Positions 26,900-38,859 of a stretch of 64,000 nt of DNA are shown piece after piece. Made by a program: the position numbers and the translations under genes. This DNA comes from Anthoceros angustus (lineage: Eukaryota; Plantae; Anthocerotophyta), in contig MU008183.1 in NCBI GenBank assembly GCA_010909165.1, positions 62,001 through 126,000 on the forward strand, read 5' to 3'. Below the pieces are notes generated by a model that made no database searches, was not told the DNA's origin, and saw only the letters and a list, made by a program, of their open reading frames with translations. Position 1 is the first letter of the stretch. The number at the start of each line of letters is the position of its first letter.

Positions 26900-27700
26900 C
26901 AGCCATTAGCAAAGAATGTAAAAGCATGGACAAACACAGTGGTGTCTAAAGACAAGAAGCGGACTCTCACAAGGGCTTATGCATCCTTAGCTATCCTTTG
27001 CCAATTTGCGGGAAGATATTCCCTCACCATCCACCCGCCCTCAACATTGTGCTTCATGATGGCCTCCATGACTTTCCCATCGCATTCATCGATATCCCGC
27101 CTCCTTCAACATGTCCCACACCACATTAGCCTTCTCCTTCTCCCCATTTACACAACGGACCCAAAGCGGGCTGCTCCATTTTGGACTCCTTCCAATACAC
27201 TCTCTTTTGAAAGCCAAGACCCATGATTACTTCCTACCTTATCTCATTCAGCTTGGGTCCCTTGAGTACTTCGCTTTAAACGCTCTAAAACCCTTGACCT
27301 CACCCAAAGCATGAATATGAACCGCTTCCTACCTCCTTCATCCCGCTCATGGCGGCTTTTTGGCTAGGAGCCACAACTCCACTTATCTTGTCTTGCTCCT
27401 CCTTCAAAACACATCCCAATACTCCCGCACACCTTCGGGACATAATGGGGACTTTTTCCCGCAAATGATACCGGCCTCCTTTCTAACATTGTTCCTCCAA
27501 TACTTCAAATTAATGCTCAAAACCGCAGGACAATAGGCTGAAACTCCCATGGCCCAGTCATAGTTTGCGATACATGTCTCAACATATGGATGGCTTCATG
27601 CTTCCAAAAGGGATGTATGAGTGGATTGCATATGTACCGGACCGCAAAATGGACTCGTCCTTCATGGGTAAGTACGAGGGACTCTCATGGTAGATGAACC
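26900..27700 (-). pseudogene. TnpA-like (Ptta/Transposase_24-like) remnant
   Basis: Cross-frame fragments WEFQP, LKYWRNNV, CPEGVREYWDVF and HALGEVKG-FRAFKAKYSRDP. The last parallels FQEKYGRAPT at ~37350. Confidence 0.5.
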
Positions 27701-27959
27701 ACGGAAAACAAGCGCCGCAACCAAAGTTAGTACTACCGTTAAGCTGAACCCGAACCATGCCGGGTTATCATGGCTGATCCAGCTCGAACGAAACTGGATC
27801 CACACCGACCAGTTCGGATAAATATGTACTATAACCCTAACAAGATTTCATGAACGCAAGTTGCGACTTACCAAAAGGATCAGATGCAACACTGTGGGAG
27901 ATATGATGAACCCTCTTCCTTTGGACCCTCTTGCCCTTCACCTCCACATCCCGGCATTC

Positions 27960-29010
27960 GGAGGAAGGGTGTCCTCAACATCTTCCTCAACATCTTCATC
28001 ACGAGGAAGTTGTCAAACTCGCACCACCAGTAAGACACCGCACTCGTGGCAACACAATCTCCAATGTCGGACGACTCCAAATCTGCTCACACGCCGCATG
28101 GGTAGGCTCGCAGCGGCTTCTCTCCAAGGGTTCTCCTGCATTTCACATCTTAAATTTGCCCACAATGTTGGCTTTTTTCTGTGGTACACGCTAACCGCGC
28201 CGTGTTGGTCTCTCACCGCTTGGGCGATCCCTACCGCCTCCACCTCATCATGTTCCACCACCATCGTGCGGCGAGGGTAACCACCATGTCTCGCATCGTA
28301 AATCCTTATTGTTGCTCGTGATTGCGGGCGCCAGACTCTCGCATGCGTCACATCGCCCATAACGCCCGGCATAGACCCTTGACCGCCTCACTTTGCGGCG
28401 CCTTCACAATGTCCGATTCAGACTCCACCTCATCACACGGGCGCCTCATCCGAGGCATCTTCATGAGACCCTCCTTGTACCATGACTCGCCCAACATCAC
28501 CATCGACCCGAGCAGCAAGCGGCCTTTGCCATCGCAGCGGCAAGACGGGTTTTGGGCCGCCCAATGTCCGGCAGTGTGCACACACGCCACGCTTGCTGGT
28601 GGTGTGAACCTCGCTACTCCAGCTCTTCCATGGCCATCGGCACCAAGCCCGCCACCGGCCGCGTTCCATCTCTCGCCTTTCCCACCGCCCGCTTGCGCGA
28701 GTATCCCCATGCCCGCGAAGCCCGTTTTTGCTGGCTCTTCATTCTCGCTGCCACAACGGACATACATGTCACGTGATGCTTTAACATTCCGCCATGCGCC
28801 TTCAATCTCCGGGTGACGGTCCAAGAAAAGCGGCACCACTTCCATGTTCTTGTCATACAACCAACTTTGGGTCGCATCATCATCCTCCACGGTTGCCTCC
28901 AGCAAGATTTCCGGCAACCATTGCGACTGCCAAGCGCCCGAGTGTCCTTGTTCGCCTCGGCACGATCTTCTGCGATTTTGGCATCCGGACCCATGGTTGG
29001 TTGTGATTAA
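27960..29010 (-). pseudogene. TnpD C-terminal (DUF4216-like) remnant with acidic tail
   Basis: GVMGDV...VRDQHGAVSV...ENPW...HWRL followed by DEDVEEDVED, located upstream of the TnpA-like remnant within CACTA TIRs. Confidence 0.4.
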
Positions 29011-32000
29011 CAAGAGCAGAAACGAAAGGCATGCCTATAGCTACACTTGCACATGGGACACAACGCGATCCCGAGGAGTGTGCACCTTACCCTATATCCC
29101 ATGACTCCAAATGAGGGCGATGTGGCGTCAATCCTCCTCCTCCGCTTGCGCGCCCAAGTGTCCTAGTTGTAACAGCGTGGTAAGTTCTCCGGTCTCCCTA
29201 GAATTGGTCGCCGGTGACGATCGCTCCACCCGTCCGGACGTGGTTCTCACCTATGATGGCTTTTAGGGTTTGGAAAGAGGCGCATAGCTCAGCTGCCCGG
29301 CCCACCGCCCCTTAGATGATTTTGCCAAGACTGATGTGTATTTAAGGTAATGTATCCTTGTACCATGGGAACGGCTCACAGAGCCCCGGCCGCACAGATC
29401 AGAAACCCAAAGGCCAAGGACCCCTACCTACTAGTGCTTGTCCTTGTCCTTGAAAATTTCATACGCCAATGTTCCCAAGTAATATAAGGTAAGTCACATG
29501 GAAACACCGCAACCCAAGGACCCTAATCCGCATAAGGCACTCATGGAACTACGGCTGAGGGTTCTTTATCAAGCCTTGACCACTCAAGGTCGATCTTTGA
29601 CCACTCGAGTTCTCATAGAAGCACGAGCCCGGCAACATCATTAGATGCCGTTGGATCAGAGTCAAACGCCTGCTTGATCAAGACACGTGGCGATTTTGGC
29701 CTGCCCAGGCCATAAGAAGAGGCCACCGCCTCGAGGCCTCTTCTCATCGTCGGATGCACTTATGTCAAGGAGGTGATTACGCTTAGCCTCGCGATTCGAG
29801 ATTGAGCGCCATTACGGTGAGCATGTTGCACGTGTCCGCAACAAAGTCGACCCCCAAACCCCTAATCGGGCATTTCGATGGTCACATGTGTTTGGTTTGC
29901 TGTGGTTTGTGGTTGTGACAAGCATCGATGGCAAAGACCCAAGTGGTCTCGAGATGGGTGGCCGAGTACACCGCCACAGAGGCCACCATCCGCGCCACCT
30001 TTGAACACGCATGGGCGGGGGTCAACTCCCCACGCGACACCATCGTGACCGCGGAAGATGCCCAGAGAATTGTTCAGATGTCCCGGATGCGGAGTTCCTA
30101 GAATTCGACGCGGTTCATGGTAGTGGGCCGTTGCTCGGAGATAGATTCGATGCTCGAATTGATGCTCGTGCCATGGACTCCGGATTCTCCAATGGGTGGC
30201 GGCGAGATACCATGAGGCTTCGTGGATGCCATAAAGGCGCTTTGGCCCAAACCCCATTAGTGTGAACATGGAAGGAGTTTTCAATCGTGGTTTGTGGCAA
30301 ACCCCGAACGACGCAAAAGGCCATGTTGTAATCCAATTAATAACTTAGTAAAAGACAGACATCGCATGTGTCATATATGCCCGTAGTGATCCCATACGGA
30401 AATTCTACAATATAAATCCGTTGTAAATCAAGGCGTGTAGGGTTTAGAACTCCGCTTAGTAAATAAGACCCTTAGAAAAAGGTAAACGGTTGTAACACAA
30501 GGTTGTAGTAAAAATGGATTCCTTTGTAAAACCCCTATAGTAATTTCTACTTGAGTAAAGTCCTCCATCTTGTTCTCAACCTCAATTGCCTTTCAACGGA
30601 CTTTCGCCACGCCACCATCGATTGAGTCGTGGCGAAACCCCACCGTAGTAAAACAACGCAACCCATGTTGTAAAGTCTAGGCTATACTCCTAAAAAATAA
30701 TTGGCCCAGAAACCCCCGTAGTAAAACGATAAAGTGCTCCACTCTCTCATCTCTCCATAAATCAGAGGTTAGTAAAGGGCATGGTTTCGTTGTAGTGCTT
30801 GTTCAGGCGAGGGGTTAGGTTATCAGTGTAGAAATAGTCACGTACACGAGAGGTTCCGCACTAAGGCACTGGTGAGGCACACATGATAGACAGGGGATGT
30901 AAACTAAGCATCGCGGCAAATTAGGCCAACAGCACAAGGTGGGCGCATGGCATAGAGGTCAGATACCCGCAAGGCACAATAACGGCACGCCGATCGAGCG
31001 CCCGCATCGCGAAAACCGGACGCAAAGCGGGCATCCCCGCATCAAGGTGACGGTCGTCATCGCGTGGATTGAGGTCGCGCTTCCGATTCTGATGAGAAGA
31101 CAAGCTTATAACCCTGGTGGAGTTGAGAGCCTTTGTCGTACGACAATCGCACGCCCTTGTGAGCACGGTTGCTCCCGGGGTGACTGGAGGTTGGCCGAGA
31201 CCAACGGGTTGGCCATGCCGTAAAAGAGCAACTGACGAAGTCTTCACCTGCATGCTGGCAGAGCGGGTGGAAATTGTGACATCGTGACTAACGGCAGGAG
31301 ACTGTGGTGTGGTATAGAACTTTGACAATGGATCTGGAAGCGATCACACATGTAAGACTCCGCTGCAGGATGCATCATAGTGCCCCACCCCCGAGCGCCA
31401 TGGGAAGATAAGTGGCGACTCTCGTTCGCAAATATCACCGGGAAACCGACACGAGACATTCCCGGAATTATGCATTTTTGTTGTATGTGGAGTCTCACGC
31501 TTAGACTTGCAATGTCAAAATTTTCCATATGACCACAAGGATTTGTTTGAACTTGCGTGAGGGGAATGAATAGGCAAACGTCGTGGACTAGCTATCGTGA
31601 AGGGCATTTCGCAAATTGGAGCATCACCTCTTTATGCATCGTGTGTTTGATCACGCCCCAAGGAAGGGTTTCGTGTATAGCAATAGAAACCCGCAGACGG
31701 CAATTTTGAAAGTGTGGCTTAGTCATTTACATCGAAAAAGGTGATCGCACGCATAGGCTACCCTGCAGCTTTTACCGCCTCCGCTTGCTTGCTTGCGATG
31801 TGAATTCTGAATGGGATGAGCCAATCGAGGCCGCACCAGCCGCCAACGTAAAACCGGCGTTGAGCAATGCTCAACAACAACGCCGGTGATTATTTACGCA
31901 CCCAATGTATCGAAGCGCACCACGAATGGCTTGAATGGGCCACAGATGGCCGTAGTAGTCAAGACTAGCTTGATGCTGATGAGGAAGAAGAACTTATGGC

Positions 32001-32059
32001 TCGCCATGAGCCGTAGAACGCGTAGGCCGGGAAAGGCACAAGTGGATGAATATCAACTC

Positions 32060-32200
32060 AAGAGAGGCGTGGTGGCAGCTTTATTGGCCACAGGGATCTA
32101 CGTAATACCTAACGCCCTTCTCAAATTTCAACTCGTGATAGTATGTTTCGGTTCTATAGAAGGTTTTATGGGATATGAATGCCTAAGTGCTACTTTCGAG
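32060..32200 (+). pseudogene. Possible hAT dimerisation-domain fragment
   Basis: WWQLY...LLKF...GSIEGF loosely fits WW..Y...L..LA..LL...S.ER.F. Confidence 0.25.
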
Positions 32201-32243
32201 GCAATGGCAGCTACTTGGGTAGGGGGCTAATAATGAACAGTCA

Positions 32244-32540
32244 TTAAGGTGAACATTATGTGTGGCTTGTTTTTTAAAAGCGGTCAGAACGCCTCCACAT
32301 AATTTCCTTCCTAGGTCTTGAACGCTATGTACCAAGAGCGCTGACAACAAGCCAATGACACCCCGTTGTTGTGTTCGTGAAGGGTGGAAGCATGCATGCG
32401 TGAATATGGTATGTATGTCCGCCTACTGGCGCTTTTGAATGCCTTAAGGTGAACATTGCGGTGTGGGTTTGTTTTGCGGTCAGAACGCCTCCACATAATT
32501 TTCCTGTGTCTGAACTATCGCCATGCCAAGAGAGCTGACA
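32244..32540 (+). repeat. Diverged direct repeat with 200-bp spacing
   Basis: ttaaggtgaacatt...gcggtcagaacgcctccacataattt...ccaagag.gctgaca at 32244 and 32444. Confidence 0.85.
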
Positions 32541-32559
32541 GACCTTCTTGCCTACCAGA

Positions 32560-33720
32560 TGTCTTATCCAAGCCGGACTTGATATTTTATGAGATGCAGC
32601 CATACGGTTACCAATCGGATACACATCAAACATCGCTGCAAAATCAAGGCCCGCAAACTGGGAAACCTCAAAGCTCATGCATGTTGTCATGGAGATTTAT
32701 TTCTATTGTCTTACGGGACGAATCAAGCCTGAAGATAAAAGCGAACGCCTCAAGAAACTATATCACTGGATATGCCAACGCCGGATTCCGGGGCATGAGG
32801 TTGGGAGAATGCAACAAGAGTGCATCGGTCATGTGTCACCGGAAAGAGAATTTCCACCCAACTTGTTTGATATTTCGACGCATCTCATTATTCACTTGGT
32901 GGATGATGTTGCGCATTGGGCCCAAGTGCGTGGATGTATCCTCGTGGAGAGGTATTTGGGGAGCAGGAAGGACACTATTAGACAGAGCAAACCCGAGATG
33001 GCGGAGGGATATGTGAGGGAGGAATCTTCAGTATGCTAAGTCGACCTTAGTGAACACTATCCTCGTCCCATATTTGGAGCGATAAGTTCATGAAGAATGC
33101 GACAGAAAGGCATTAGGCATGGGACGCCCATACAAGTTTACGACGCGAGTTGCACCAGTCCACACTTTCATCTTGGTCCACATCCAAATCTTAGACCCAT
33201 TCTTGCAGCAAGACAAGGAGGAAGTGGAACAAGGAGTAACGACGAGCCATCTTTTCGTGCATGGATCCATGCCGCGAGATTGTGCCGGTGGGAAGATTCA
33301 CCCATCTCACCGACGATGTGGCTGTAGCTTATGGACGGCCGTCCCTTTGGGCCACGGCATACAGCACATGGCATGTAAGGAAGCCACCTTCTGACAACCG
33401 CCGCAGCATTTAAGAGTCGAAAGTGACACAGATGGTGTGTTCACCCGCAGACGTCATGGGGGACGAAGGGGAGCGGACTTACTATGGCCATGTCCAAGAA
33501 ACTCAGGGTCTCGTTACGAACCACTCATCCCGAAGGTGAAGTGGTTCGAGTGCAATCCGCAGCATCTCCTTCGCTGATAGAAACGATCATGTTTCCACCG
33601 CGTGTTCACTAGGCGCTATTGTGACGGGATGATGTCGATACCCCATTCATATGGCCAAATCAAGTGACCCGGTATTCTACATGCATGGATGACAGAGAGG
33701 GGTGCAGCCGTGCCCACCCC
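32560..33720 (+). pseudogene. CACTA transposase TnpD, C-terminal half (DUF4218 + DUF4216-like), frameshifted
   Basis: LPIGYTSNI, EREFPPNLFDISTHLIIHLVDD, WMYLVERYLG, MAEGYVREE, then YYGHVQE, KVKWFEC and PFIWPNQV..VFY. Confidence 0.9.
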
Positions 33721-34659
33721 GCACGGGGGTGGAGGGAGGAGGAAGGAGGGGAAGCGTGATGGACATTGTGGACGGAAATCAGATAGGAAGTGAAACGATC
33801 CATTAAAACCCTAAATATACGAAACCCTCTACTACCCCGCATGTATGGACCTGACATACAAGCTCATTTCTGCCTTTATGCTAATAACAAGAGATGCAGA
33901 TAACGTTCGCACTATTCCCGAGATGTCGGATGTTCGGAAGTCAACAACAATTTCGCCTATGCCATCGTCTTCTTTTCCATAAAACTATCCACCAATATGC
34001 GTATGACTGGTCATTTATGGCGGGCTTTGTCCGCTGCCTCTCCACAGCCTTTAAGAAGGACCCACCAAGTTTGGCGCCATCCACGAACCAAGCCCAAACA
34101 TCGAGAGCCGCACCAAGTCCATCCACCGTGATTTCAAGTAAACACCTCCCTACCTCGCACGCTGGCATCCAAGGCATCTGCGTGACTCGTAGAACCCGGG
34201 CGAGCTCCTTCTTCGCGATTGCGCGAGGGCGGCAATGGCGAGACGCCTGTGCTCACCCAGTGTCAGCGGATGATGCTCTCCATCTCCGCTGAAAAGGATC
34301 CCTATTGCCGCATCGGTGCAACCATTGTGAGACACTTTCCACCGATGCTGCAAGTGCACAAACGGGTGAGCAGGAAGGTCGGGCGGAAGGACGGAAACGC
34401 ATGAAAGTGAAGAGGTCGTCACCACACATACAAGCTTGCCGCGAGCGCAGACGCAGTTTGGAACAATGGCCCCGAGGAATGGCTAACCATCGATGAATTA
34501 TAGAAATGCGCGCCGCATCACGCACACCGCGACGGCCACGCGCGCAAGCGTCACGGAATCAAGTTAGCAAGAAAGATTTTGTTCAGCTGCATGCACGCGC
34601 CGCAACAGCCCATTGCCTGACAAGCATGTAGGTATGTCTGCGAAAACAAGTGAATGGTG

Positions 34660-35245
34660 AGGGTGATGTATGCGGAACACATGGACATGTACCACATACT
34701 GCAATGAAGGTCATGTGCCATGTATAGGCAGAAAGATGGGATGCCGGAGGATATACCCTTCGATAATGGTGTGTAGCAAAACATCGAAAAACCCACGGAT
34801 ACTGGTACTTATTCATTCCCGCCACCCAAGGACGACGCATATGGATGTATGGACACCATACACACATGAAGCTAATGTGACATATATAGACAAGAGGTTG
34901 GGAGGACGGATGAATTATCCTTGGATAATGGAACGGATGACATATATCGAATAGTGTATTAATACATTCAATAATGTATTAATACACCGACTAATGGTAC
35001 TTAATTATTCCGACACCCAAGGACGACGCCTATAAATGCCGCATGTATGCGGAAAATATGGACATTTTCCACATACGTATATGGTCATGTGACATATGTA
35101 GGCACGGAACCGATATGATCCTTGGCAAACCAACGATGCCGCATAAATTTGACCTTGGAGAATGGTATATATTAATATCCAGAATTAAACGTGGACAATG
35201 CTACTGCATTATCCCCGACACCCAAGGACGACCGGCCTATAAATG
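34660..35245 (+). repeat. Degenerate ~190-205 bp tandem repeats internal to the CACTA
   Basis: cacccaaggacgac..tat at ~34823, ~35014 and ~35219; gtatgcggaa.a.atggacat at ~34667 and ~35045. Confidence 0.7.
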
Positions 35246-35249
35246 GTGA

Positions 35250-37720
35250 GGGCCTATGGATGGAGATGCGAACGAGTCATCTCTTTTCTGCAGCGATGCG
35301 CGGTATGACTGAACGGACACCAAAAGTGGCGCGCGTTCAAGGGAGGGCGTCGGGAGGATGTGTGCGAACCCGCACACATCCATACCCTAGGACATTGTCT
35401 GTGGAGGCAGAGCAGATGAAGGTCCGTAGGTCTGCACGACTGGCGGAGGTGAATTTGAAGGAGAAGGCATCGACTGCCCACGCGGCCATACAACGGACAA
35501 CACGCCATCCCGAAAATACAAAGAGATGCCAGATAACACGGAGGAACTTGCAGGAAGCGGTTCGTGATTCTGCGAATGTGCACATATGGGCGGAGGATGA
35601 CGCCATTGGGGAGTATCGTTCCGATTGCGGGGAGCTCGGTATGCACTCTCTTTGGAATAGAGACACGGTACTTGGTAACCAGCCCTCATCCGAGGAAGAA
35701 GTAGGAAATGCCGGAATGAATATCACACCTTTCTTAGATGGAAAGGGCAAGCCGATGACGTGTTTGGCGTGGCTTTTGCGATTGCATTGTGAACGCGAGA
35801 TTCATGTATGAAACTTGCCTTCCCGGCACGCTGCAAAGCCGGTTGTAAGAGGAGTAAAGGAAACGTAACACTTGTCACCTGCGCGCCATGCAATTGGAAT
35901 GAGAACGGGTGGCATGCGGATAACAGAATGGAAAACGGTCCGCAATGATCAGTTGTGGCGAGTCCATCGGTTTTCTCGCCTGCATGTAAGGATGTGATGC
36001 AATAAATTGCCGTGTCAAAACTATTCTCAGCAATTCCATCAATTGAAAACATCGCCGCCGGGGCAAGGAGGAGGGTCGGGTTTCGCCGCCATGTCGAGAT
36101 GGAGTCGAAGGGAACAAGTTTCCCTTTGCTGGTGATTTCGGTCACATGGCGGGGGAGCCGGGCGCGAACGGGTGGTCTTTTGTCCGGCACGGCTGCGGGA
36201 GGGGCGGAACGACGGGTTTGAAAGAGGCTACTGCGCCATTCCGCCGCCATCTCTTACGCCGCCTTCCCATCTTGGCGCTTTATCCTAACCAAGCACGAAA
36301 TGCCTTGCACATCGACAGGGACCCAAAGATTCGTGAGTCCGCACCGGTTCCAGGAGAACTCAGCCGAAGACATGGTTTCGGCCTATACCTTTGCCGACAC
36401 GGTTAGTTTGAACATGTTCATGATGTCCGCTTGATACTAAAGCTGGCGCGCCTGCTTTTGGTCACGGTGACAGAATTTGCTGTCGAAGGAAGCATACGAC
36501 GCTCTCGCTGCAAACCGCCGTGGTTGAGTGGCGGAATTTCCAGAAGGGTGGACATTGGGAGCACATGGAAATGCCATATGGGATCCGGATGCAGATGCAG
36601 GAGGACATGGATGTTGGGGAGGACCTCGCCTGGAGGAAAATGTCCCGGACGAGGTTCCAGATTCACGCAAGATGCCGAGTGTAATGGCACGCCGTAGTGC
36701 CCGCTCAGTTGCAGCCTCCACAAGTGTGGGCGGGAATTTTGGCAGCGGTCAACGGCGGAGGCACCATGTTGCAAACATGGGCCAGTGCTAGGGACGATAT
36801 GGACAACAAGGAGGGTCGGAGCAATACTACTAAAAGGGGATTGCGGTGGGTCCAGACCAACTGCTGGAGCTAACAAGTGGCGGGCAAGAGGAAGGGAATG
36901 TGGCGACGCCGCGCCACCATTGACATTTGGTGGCCTCGCAGCTACCAAGACAAGAAGTTCATGGAAGTCATCCGCAAAGCGCAAACGGGATTCCGGGCAA
37001 ATGGAGCGACTTGTCGCAGGCAAGGAGGAAGGAACGAAAGAAGTGGCTTCAGCCCGGATCTCCGGTGAAGTCCATGATTAGGTCGGAGTTTAGTCAAGAC
37101 ACCCAACGCGAACAGATATGTGGAGGCAGAAAGGCATACGCCTTTAGCGGAGAAGAGAGTAGGGAAAAGCAGCTTTGAAACCTCGGGCGGATGAAAAGGT
37201 GTGGAGGGATATTGTCACATGGGCACGAGTTGAACTCATAACACGGAACTTTTGCCCAAGGCATCGCAAAAGAAAGGCGAGATTGAGAAATCCAATGGAC
37301 AAGGGCCAAACCCATGGGGCTGTGGGACGCTAGGGAGTTCAAGTTCCAAGAAAAGTATGGGAGAGCCCCAACCGACGAAGAATGCGAATTTGGTGCACTC
37401 CACCAGCGAAAATGCATGAACTGTGGGATGTGATGAAGCGGGAGAACCAGTGGTGACTTTCTCGAAAGATCTGGGTCATAATAAGGGCTCAACGCGATGC
37501 CAAACCCTTGAGGCCAAACGCAATTCGTAAGTGTGCGAATTAATTGATTCGGATGTTGGTGCTTCAGATGAGGATGAAGACGGTGGGGAAGAGCCGGATA
37601 GGCAGGACACATATGACGATACAATTTCCGAGGACGAGGTGCTGGGAGGACGAGAGGACGCAGAAGAGTATGCAGAAGAGGGGGAAGGGACGGGTGCGAA
37701 TGTGGATGAAGACAACGGGT
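35250..37720 (+). pseudogene. CACTA second ORF (TnpA-like) with basic N-terminus, Cys/His-rich segment and acidic tail
   Basis: Located after TnpD and conserved in the copies at 47091 and 52481. Contains NPWG...FKFQEKYGRAPTDEEC and acidic ORF 37531-37722. Confidence 0.55.
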
Positions 37721-38859
37721 AGAATGGAAAAAGTATTGGCATCTCACACCCCTACACATCGGAGTCACTGGGTGGAGGGGCATCGGCGCCGATAAACGCG
37801 ATTTCGAGGAAGTGTATACTGCTCGAGCGCCGACAGAAGCCGATAGGTGGCCACGCCTTGGCCCAAGGCGAATGAAGGGCCCGGCAAATGGTGAAGACAA
37901 AGGCCTCGGCGTGAAGGGGAAGGAGAGAGGCGCCAAATCCGTGGTGAGACGATCATGGATGGACATGAGGTTTGGGCTGTTAGCACTAATGTTTCTTCTC
38001 ATGCGCACAACGGCCATGGACGTCAATGTGGAGGGCCCGCAACCATCCGTCAAGAGAACCAACGATGGAAAGGCACAAAGCAAAGGAGCAACCGTATCAC
38101 GGAATGCGAAAAGAGCCAAAGGCCGCAAAAGTGTCATGAGCGGCGAAGCCAAATACGCGCACGCGAGTATAATTAGATGTCGAGGCCGCAGAAACTACAA
38201 AACCCATGAAATGACATAGACATGTGCTTAAAGGGTGTAACCGTGTATTGTGATTTTGACCAAATAACGCGACTTCAGATAGCATCGCCTTCAGATGACG
38301 ATGTATCAAATCAAATGAGACATGACGGCATACCGTCATCATGACATGACGAGGGACGTGTCGAGACGACATGGGGCCCGTAGGATGTACATGCCACATG
38401 TCCGGCAGGTACCGTCGACATGAGCCGCTGCACACCGAGAGACGCGCTGGGCCGGAATGATTCGGGAGGCGGAGGGGATGTCAGCGAAAGTTTTGAAAAC
38501 AAACCCGATGGGTAATTAATGCGTGGACCGGAAAGGCCACAAACTCGACAAGGCGAACTGACTCGACCCGAACCGGGCCCAAAGTGTGTAACAAATTTTG
38601 TTGTCACGACATGTGTTTTGTATGAGAGGGACACGGCCTAATCCATGTTACAAAACCGCATAAACGCTTATAAAAACCCGAATCTGTTATAAAACACCAT
38701 AACATGGACACCATGTTTCCGATGGTGATACTGACAACTCTCTCCGAGTCTCCTCCCTCTCTTCCAGGTCGGTCACCTCCTCCTAGCTTCGAAGACAAAG
38801 CATTCATATTTCACAGGCTGTATCTTTACTCCGGGTATTCACAGGAACAAGCGTTGGAT

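Larger units (their letters stand above)
26119..30797 (-). mobile_element. CACTA (En/Spm) DNA transposon, 4679 bp, both termini present
   Basis: Left CACTACAAGGAAAACATAACCTTTAC. The right end reverse-complements to CACTACAACGAAACCATGCCCTTTAC. 3-bp TSD ctt at 26116-26118 and 30798-30800. gtagtaaa subterminal repeats at both ends. Confidence 0.93.
32244..38727 (+). mobile_element. CACTA element family B, copy A (5' end not found; degenerate 3' TIR ...catgtttccgatggtg)
   Basis: TnpD and TnpA-like coding remnants. 35960-38727 is colinear with 52481-55273, which ends in a clean tttctagtagtg. gttacaaaa/gttataaaa subterminal repeats. Confidence 0.8.

Noticed and set aside
33894-34560. ULP1-like protease or other cargo between TnpD and the TnpA-like ORF
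   Set aside because: No recognisable H-D-C catalytic motifs.
37094-38152. Longest ORF in the track (352 aa, minus strand)
   Set aside because: It is the antisense shadow of the purine-rich TnpA-like/acidic region and has no recognisable motifs.
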